NCBI GenBank assembly: GCA_051362555.1
Contig: CM120649.1
Span: 6,882,001 to 6,946,000, forward strand
Length of the DNA stretch: 64,000 nucleotides
Reading direction: 5' to 3'
Source of the DNA: Lingula anatina
Lineage: Eukaryota; Animalia; Brachiopoda
Shown here: positions 56,488 through 64,000 of the stretch, piece by piece
Layout: each line of letters starts with the position of its first letter
How positions within the stretch are numbered: the stretch's first letter is position 1
Notes under the pieces: model-generated
What the model saw: the letters and a program-made list of their open reading frames with translations, nothing else
What the model was told of the DNA's origin: nothing
Database searches by the model: none
Translations under genes and position numbers: made by a program

Positions 56488-56913
56488 TTAAGTTTAACGC
56501 AATACCCTTTACAGTGCATGGCAATTGCCTGTGCCATGTCAAAAGACTTGAAATTGATATTGGTGGCATAGCACGTACTTGGGTAAGCGATACGGGTCGT
56601 TTACATATGATTATCTCTTTAACCCCCCAGTCCGTGTCATTTGAATTTTTTTATTATAGTCGACTTCAGATCTTGATAAGATTGAGACTTATTTCTCGTT
56701 ATGATTAAAGTAATAAGACTCAAAAGGAATCCCACGTAGGAGACATAACCCCTTTCTTTGAATTTATGAAAATAGGGAAAGGAGCAAGACTTTTTTACCG
56801 TTAAGATTTGCAATCGTCCAGGCGAAAATAAAACTCAATTACCAGGATATTCAGAGGAGAAAGCAAAATAGTATTGAATGAAATGAATCAGTGCATTATG
56901 TTCTGAATTAAAT

Positions 56914-56919
56914 TTTATT
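56914..56919 (-). terminator. Possible polyadenylation signal of MT-like gene B
   Basis: AATAAA on the minus strand ~0.9 kb after the stop codon. Confidence 0.35.
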
Positions 56920-57385
56920 TTGGCAAATATTTGTTCCACAAAGTCGGACGCGATCAATTTAAATAATATCTGGATTAATTTCAAGTCCTCCTCTCCATGA
57001 AATAATTATGGGTTTTGCTTCTCAATATTAAACCATACAAATATCAAATCCTTAACCAGAAATAAAATGCATTGACTTAATTAGTGTTGCTTTATGCGTC
57101 TAGTAATAGCCGCAATCAATGCCCTAAATTGCCAAACACCCCTGTACATTGTATATCCATTGATTTTCAAACATTGATCTCCAAATATTCAAACATTCTT
57201 TTTTATCAAACAGTTGCATGAAGAACTCATAGTTTATAAGTTGAATAAAGCGTGCGTGTCCGTCTTGATCATCTTCAGAGTAACGGAGTAAAGACGTAAC
57301 TATTCTCTCTCTTCACAGCCTGAAATAGGACCGAAATATATATCAAATTTTGTGTATCATGATCAGTTTGGATTATCTCTCTGTT

Positions 57386-57389
<4 letters not shown>

Positions 57390-57453
<64 letters not shown>
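57390..57453. repeat. (TC)n(AC)n microsatellite in the putative MT-B 3' UTR
   Basis: Directly visible. Confidence 0.9.
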
Positions 57454-57455
<2 letters not shown>

Positions 57456-57806
57456 ACACAAACACACACGATACAGTATCAAATACAGCAGAAAAGCAAA
57501 TTGCACTTAGAGATTCACAATGCCTTTGTCAAAGATACAGAATAAGATATTTCTGCTTAATGTGATCATCTGATACCCTGTTCTCTGAGCTGAACGGTAA
57601 CCCGGTACAAAGGGTGTATTATTTACGTAGTGCTTGCCGCACACGGAGATTAAAACCAAGTAAGCCTTCGATATGCTATATAATCAAAGGGGTGTAGTAT
57701 ATGCACATGAAAGATACGTGTGCAAGTCACATAAGTGGCACCGTTATTGTAAATTATAATAATACCTTTGAGGACAGATAAAAAGCAAGCAGGGTAGCAC
57801 ATGATC

Positions 57807-58025
57807 TTACTTGCAAACACAGCCCTTGGGTCCAGAGCACTTCTTGCAGCCAACTGGACACCCCTGGAAAAATAAATTTTGTTTTAAATTTTAATTGAAG
57901 TATTGTCTTTGATATGCAAGCTGCGAAAGGCCATCATCATCGCTACTATACTATTTTGATTCGAGAATCGTATCAGAAATGAAAATCGTAAACATATCTG
58001 TAATGCTGCCACAGTGCTATCTTGT

Positions 58026-58088
<63 letters not shown>

Positions 58089-61000
58089 AGTGTGCGATCC
58101 CCATGCATTGTGAGAAGACACAAAGCGTGTATATCAATCCTGCCAATTGATCTTAAAATATGTAGTCTTGTTAATCCACATGTAACTATTTATGTAATTA
58201 TGGAGTTCATTTATATGTTCACATCATGTACATTTTCATCAGTACTACCTGATGCCTAAGTATGAAATAAAGCTTATAAGCATATATTGTAATATCTTGG
58301 ATATATAAATTAAAACCTGGGTAAAAGGCTGATGTGCTGTTAAGAACCACTGTCATAGTATTTTTAAATAACCCCGAAGGTGCCTGAATTCACTCACCTC
58401 GGCGGTGCAGCTTTCCTTCCCGGTGCACTTACAGCACACGCAACCCTTGTGGCCAGAGCACAACTTGCAGCCTACTGAACATCCCTGAAAACAAAATGAT
58501 ATCATATATGTTTGTACTGGCGTAATGGCGGTTAATTCATCTAAATCCATGTCTTCGAATTCTGAGGCCAGAGATAAAAATCGTGAAAATGTAACATATG
58601 TCATTATATAAAATGTAACATATCGTGTATGTATGCCATTATATAAGCTGTAAAGCTAAATTCACAACTAACTACTCAGTACTTATTTCACGGAAGACAG
58701 TTTAAGTTCTCAATAAATTCAAATTTAGACGCCTAAAACCACTTTACCTCGGCGGTACAGCAGTCCTTGCCGGTGCACTTACAACACATGCACCCTTTGG
58801 GTCCAGAGCACAACTTACAGCCCGCTGAGCAACCCTAGAAATGAACTGTAAATTAAAGCTCCATTTTGGTAGAATTTTTCACTAATGTGAAGTACGAATA
58901 ATGTAGTACAATCTCGACATGTCATTGACGATATATATTACTATGAGAAAGGTCTTGGCCGTTTTCATTTAGATGACTAAAGTCACTCACTTCGGCGGTG
59001 CAACATCCGTCGCCGGTGCACTTGCAGCACATGCAACCCTTGGGTCCAGAGCACAACTTGCAGCCTACGGAACAACCCTGCAAAATAATGCAGGTTAATC
59101 AGTATTCAAAATGATGTTTAAGCCTTAAAAATAAACGAATGAACATGTTTCTTAATGAAGTAAATCTGTCCTACGGTACAAGTTATTTCATGATCACAAT
59201 TGACCGTATTTTGCTCATGTCAATTTTTTCGCCTGAAATCACTCACCTCGGGGGTGCAGCATCCCTTGCCGGTGCACTTGCAACACAAGCAACCTTTTGG
59301 TCCACAACACAACTTGCAGCCCACTGAACAACCCTGGATGATGGAATTAGAATCAAATTTCAATTCTGCTTAAAACCACGAAAAAGCAATGAGTAACCGA
59401 CACATTAATGTTTTTTTGAAGTTTTTTAATCCGGGAGAAAAATCTACCTGATGGGTAAGATTATCTGTATGAAAAGGTGCCTAAATTCACTTACCTCGGC
59501 TGTGCAACATCCTTTGCCAGTACACTTGCAGCACATGCAACCTTTGGATCCGGAACACAGCTTACAGCCAACTGAACAACCCTTAAAATATAATTAAAAT
59601 ATATTAAAAAATGTCAGTTTTTTTTTTCTGTCAAAGAACGTGACAACTCAAAACAGATTATCATTAACATGTCAGAAACCTATCAAATAACATATATCTG
59701 GCAATGAAAAAAAATATAATCTGGGGTCAAATCTACAGTATATTTCAATAAATGATGTTTTCAATGCCATTTATCACTCAGATTTCTAAAAACACTCACC
59801 TCGGGGGTGCAGCATCCCTTGCCAGTGCATTTGCAGCACATGCAACCCTTTGGTCCACAACACAATTTGCAGCCCACAGAACAACCCTAAAAATAATATT
59901 TATTGATTTTAAGATCCAGTCTGTCAAAACAGTTGATAACTGAATACGTACTAAGTTTTTGATAATGCCAGGGGAGATAAACTTTAGCATTTTTTTTTCG
60001 AAAATTAAGTCAATTATAGCAATTGTATCCAGGGCCGTAGCCTCCGGGGGGGGGGGGGGGCAGGGGGGGCAGCTGCCCCCCCTGGGATTTAGATTTTTCC
60101 ACACTGGTAGGGGGACACCCTCTCCTCCCTCGGGGGCTTCGCCCCCTCGTGTCCGCCTACTGCCCCCCCTGGCATTTTGCTCAGGCTACGGCCCTGGTAT
60201 CTATAAGGCACATAAAATCACTCACCTCGGGGGTGCAGCATCCCTTGCCGGTGCACTTACAACACATGCAACCTTTTGGTCCAGAGCACAACTTGCAGCC
60301 TACCGAGCAACCCTGGTGATAAGATTTGGCAAAAATAAAAGCTTTGGTTTATCAAAATGAGGGTGCTGAATAATGATTTTTAACTGTTCAACGGTAATAG
60401 CTTCTCCTGATCTTGCACGCCATATATATAAAATGGAAAAAGCAAACAAATTTGAAGCTATAATCAAAGTCTAAGTTCCATTTTAATCTTTTCATTGACA
60501 CTTTTTAAAGTCGAAACAGCTTAAATCGCTCACCTCGGGGGTGCAGCATCCCTTGCCAGTGCACTTGCAGCACACACAACCTTTGGGTCCACAGCACAAC
60601 TTGCAGCCAACGGAACATCCCTGGAAAAAGTTAATATTATTTCACTATTTTTCTTGTTAAAACATGAGCGTTAGGAAAATGGTGTTTTTGTTTGAAAATA
60701 AAACGTAAGCAATCTTTCATTTGAATTCGGTAAAATTGAAAAAAAAAAATCCAAAAATGAATTCAAATCACTGATAGTCGGTATAATTTGATTCCAAAAG
60801 GCACTCACCTCGGCGGTACAGCATCCCTTGCCGGTACACTTACAGCACATACAACCCTTGGGTCCAGAGCATAATTTGCAGCCTACCGAGCAACCCTGGA
60901 TAACAAAATATAAATCTACACATTGTCTATGAAGATTGAACAGCGGTAATCTGAAAATTGAGTCTAAAAAATGAAGCAAAATCTTGACAACTACAAGCAT

Positions 61001-64000
61001 TAAAATGTCTGAGACAAGCGATCCAAGCTATGGCTGATATGTAATTTTAGTCAGTCTCGTGAAATCACTCACCTCGGGGGTGCAGCATCCCTTGCCAGTG
61101 CACTTGCAACACATGCACCCTTTTGGTCCACAGCACAACTTGCAGCCCACGGAACATCCCTGTGAGATGGAATTTACCGAATTTAAAATCCAGTCCGTCA
61201 AAGTAAATAATAACAGAACAAGATTTAAAGCACGTTTAATTAATGAGAACTTTTATCATTGTAATGAGACACCCAATACCACTCACCTCAGCGGTGCAGC
61301 ATCCCTTAGACGTACACTTGCAGCACATGCAACCCTTGGGTCCCGAGCACAGCCTGCATCCAACTGAACATCCCTACATATGAAATAAGAATTAAATTAA
61401 ATATTTGATTGTGTAAATTCTACGACCGTGGTATGAAATAAGACATGAAATATCTTCAACTGTTGAAGTACTAGATTTTTGCACAATATCACGGAAATTT
61501 CCAAAATCATCGTTTTTGCAATCAGTTGTTTCGATCTTTTAATTTTTCAATTACCTTATAGGTGCAGCAGTCTTTCCCAGTGTATTTACGAAATGAATTC
61601 AAATCACTGATAGTCGGAATAATTTGATTACAAGGGGCACTCACCTCAGAGGTGCAGCATCCTTTGCCGGTGCACTTGCAGCACATACAACCCTTGGATC
61701 CAGAGCAAAGCTTGCAGCCTACTGAGCAACCCTTAATACAAAATGACCCAAATTAATCGTTTATTTTTCAAATAAGGTGTGCAGTGAAACATTGCCACTA
61801 TCCCTGAACTATCTGTTGCTAAAAGAAAAAAAACTTCTCTGTGATAAAAAAATCAGTACTGTCGGATTCAACGAGCATCGATTATCGTAATTACCAGTTA
61901 CTGATAACAAAGACGGCTTAAATCATTTACCTCGGGGGTGCAACATCCCTTGCCAGTGCACTTGCAACACATACAACCCTTGGGTCCACAACACAGCCTG
62001 CAGCCAACTGAGCAACCCTGGAAATAAAGATTGGTCAAAACGCTACAGAAGTGACATTACTTTACTTAGGCCTATCTAAATGAACGTAATAAATGGACTA
62101 CATAAAGAAAGAAATAAAGAAAAAGAAGAAAATAAAAGAAAAAGAAGCAAGAAAGATTATTTTGAACAATTATTTGACAGTGATAAAAAATGAGGCTAGC
62201 AGTAGAAACAAAGACTACAATAAATTCCAAGATATTTTTGTTACTTTTCATAAAGGTATGGATTCACCCACCTCGGGGGTGCAGCAACCTTTGCCAGTGC
62301 ACTTGCAGCAGCAGCATCCTCCAGGTCCACAACACAGCTTACAGCCCACTGAACAACCCTGGAACGTATTTCGTCGAAATGTGTATTAAAACTGAAGAAC
62401 TAATTAAACTTTAAGAAATATAACACCGAAGAAAGAATGATGACAACCTTTAATTCTTTTGATAAGAATAAAAATATTAAAAAATTACATAAAATTTTCA
62501 ATGTTATTTCTTTCTTTCTTTCTGTTTATTATTATTTATAAATTATTATTATTATTATTATTTACTTATTTATTCCTCACCTCATCGGTGCAGCATCCTT
62601 TGCCAGTGCAAGTACAGCACATACAACCCTTGGGTCCAGAGCACAACTTGCAGCCAACCGAGCAGCCCTGTAAATGAAAAATTAAAATATCACTTTAGAA
62701 TGATAATAATATCGGATAGATAAAAAAACACCAAAGGTTTCTTTGACAATTATACACATACCGGGTAATGACAGAACCTGAATTTTAAAAACTGTGGGCG
62801 ATGTCAACAACGTCTGCTTCTATCTTTAAAGGGATAATAACTCTTCGTTTTGGCCAAAAAATGAATTTTCCTGGAGTAAACAACATTTTCCCCTTACTTA
62901 CCAATGGTTAATTAATCCATTTTTACATTCAAAGTTAGTCCCTGGTTTTTTTTTCTAAAAAGTTTTTTTTTTTTGTTATAATCTCTCTTAAAAGAGATTA
63001 TAACAGAGTATAGCCATCAATGGAGGTCACGTGGTCTTAATACAAGCTCAAATATCAGAATAATAGCTATTACTGCCGTTTTTTTGGTACAACAGAATAT
63101 ATTATATTTCTATGAGTTGTTCAAAATGTTTTATTGTGAAATGTAGATCTCATTCGAAGAGTTATTATCCCTTTAATAAACATTTAGGTGTATGAATTCA
63201 CCCACCTCGGCCGCGCAGCATCCTTTTCGCGCAGCATCCGCGCAGTATCCCTCTTCTTGCTGATACGGGTAAGATATGATGATATAATACCTTACACTCA
63301 ATAACTCCCCATCGATTGATTCAGTTTTAATTATTATCTTTAATTACTGAAAGTGTAAGTCATCTGCTTTACAACATATGGTATATTTAAAATAAATGGA
63401 AAAGCCGAAAAGAAAACCCTGTGATCTTCTCAATCGCACTTAACCAGAATAATTAAAGCAACGGTCAAAATTTGCAAACGATTTGAAGAAACTTCATTTT
63501 CATCATTCTATTTCGATCATTTCATTTTAATCAATCATTGTTTTACAAAATTATCATAATTTTTTGTATGTATTTCTTCATTCACGCAACGCTTGGCATC
63601 ACTCACCGACTCAGTGCAACAGCCTTTGCCCGTGCATTCACACAAGCGCTTACAGCAGCACGCGGCAGTGGGGCAATCGGAACAGCCAGTTTTGCACACC
63701 TATGACATAAGATTTCATTACATCAATTTCCAAATAACATTAATAGCTTGAAAAGGAAAGTTGACAATAATTACAGCGGTTTTTAGAAGAATAGTGTACC
63801 AAGACGCATTAGACATTGTTTATGTTTTAATGTTTTATTTCCTGCGAAGCTACCAATCTTTTCCAATTCAGACCTTAAAGGTGTTAATATACTTAAGTGC
63901 CATTTTCAAAATAATCTGAATAAGCTATCCTGAAAAAGAAAATTCTACAAGTGATTGATTTATAAAAGTAAAGATGAAGCGCTCACCTTGCCCGCTACGG
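57807..64000 (-). CDS. MT: Multi-domain metallothionein-like protein B (at least 484 aa, at least 156 Cys; 5' end outside window)
   Basis: An exon end at 64000-63987 (..VAGK|gtgagc), then 63699-63607 (VCKTGCSDCPTAACCCKRLCECTGKGCCTES). Fifteen 87-nt exons follow: 62667-62581, 62358-62272, 62017-61931, 61731-61645, 61373-61287, 61159-61073, 60895-60809, 60620-60534, 60312-60226, 59886-59800, 59581-59495, 59333-59247, 59077-58991, 58834-58748, 58484-58398 (consensus GCSVGCKLC[SC]GPKGCMCCKCTGKGCCT[PA]E). Last exon 57863-57807 (GCPVGCKKCSGPKGCVCK*). All are AG/GT, phase 0, with no stops. Confidence 0.88.
58029..58085. repeat. (TA)n microsatellite in the last MT-B intron
   Basis: Directly visible. 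Confidence 0.95.
60030..60196. mobile_element. 167-bp GC-rich MITE, CAGG-terminal family, 5-bp TSD, in an MT-B intron
   Basis: Perfect TIRs cagggccgtagcc / ggctacggccctg, flanked by GTATC on both sides. Confidence 0.85.
61555..61589 (-). pseudogene. Truncated remnant of an MT-B repeat exon (3' part: KYTGKDCCTYK|gtaatt)
   Basis: Homologous to the last third of the 87-nt module and retains a donor. The acceptor and 5' part are missing, and it lies only ~55 nt from the preceding donor. Confidence 0.7.
62830..63172 (-). mobile_element. ~340-bp TTAA-flanked MITE (Kolobok-like), copy 2, in an MT-B intron
   Basis: Perfect 18-bp TIRs agggataataactcttcg / cgaagagttattatccct with TTAA on both sides. 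Confidence 0.8.
63206..63259 (-). pseudogene. Degenerate or rearranged MT-B repeat exon (QEEGYCADAARKGCCAAE|gtgggt)
   Basis: The 3' end and donor resemble exon 62272. The interior is a triplicated ~12-bp motif (cgcgcagcatcc). A tatcag acceptor would make an in-frame 54-nt exon. Confidence 0.5.

Noticed and set aside
51374-62667. CRISPR-like pattern of conserved repeats separated by variable spacers
   Set aside because: The repeats are 87-nt open reading frames bounded by AG/GT splice sites, the spacers are introns of roughly 130-340 nt, the context is eukaryotic and there are no cas genes.
59139-62677. Plus-strand ORFs (HLGGAASLAG..., QHPLPVHLQH...) over the MT exons
   Set aside because: Antisense shadows of the Cys-rich exons; splice signals are only on the minus strand.
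51130-64000. Alternative identity as a keratin-associated, toxin or EGF/disulfide-repeat protein
   Set aside because: Gene A has no signal peptide and no aromatics, has an odd Cys number per module, and its promoter carries MREs. Not formally excluded for gene B, whose N-terminus is outside the window.

Overview
AT-rich animal (invertebrate, probably lophotrochozoan; this is inference) genomic DNA with three protein-coding genes. (1) Positions ~2.3-49.7 kb (+) hold a TSC22-domain (bunched/GILZ-like) leucine-zipper gene. It has a shared TSC-box exon (16608-16656), a 29.4-kb intron and a terminal exon (46055-46255). At least five candidate alternative first exons are visible. Three splice in phase 2 into the TSC-box exon; two lie inside the big intron and would replace TSC-box helix 1. 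(2) Positions 51.1-55.8 kb (-) and (3) 57.8 kb to beyond 64 kb (-) hold two tandem, very large multi-domain metallothionein-like genes built from 87-nt phase-0 exons, each encoding a 29-aa, ~9-Cys module. Gene A is 310 aa with 94 Cys and has a TATA box plus MTF-1-type MREs. Gene B is at least 484 aa with at least 156 Cys, and its 5' end is outside the window. The ORF track misses both because each module is a separate exon. These giant modular metallothioneins are the main discovery. The window also contains a Helentron/HINE-type element carrying a 137/146-bp satellite array, several MITE families and microsatellites.
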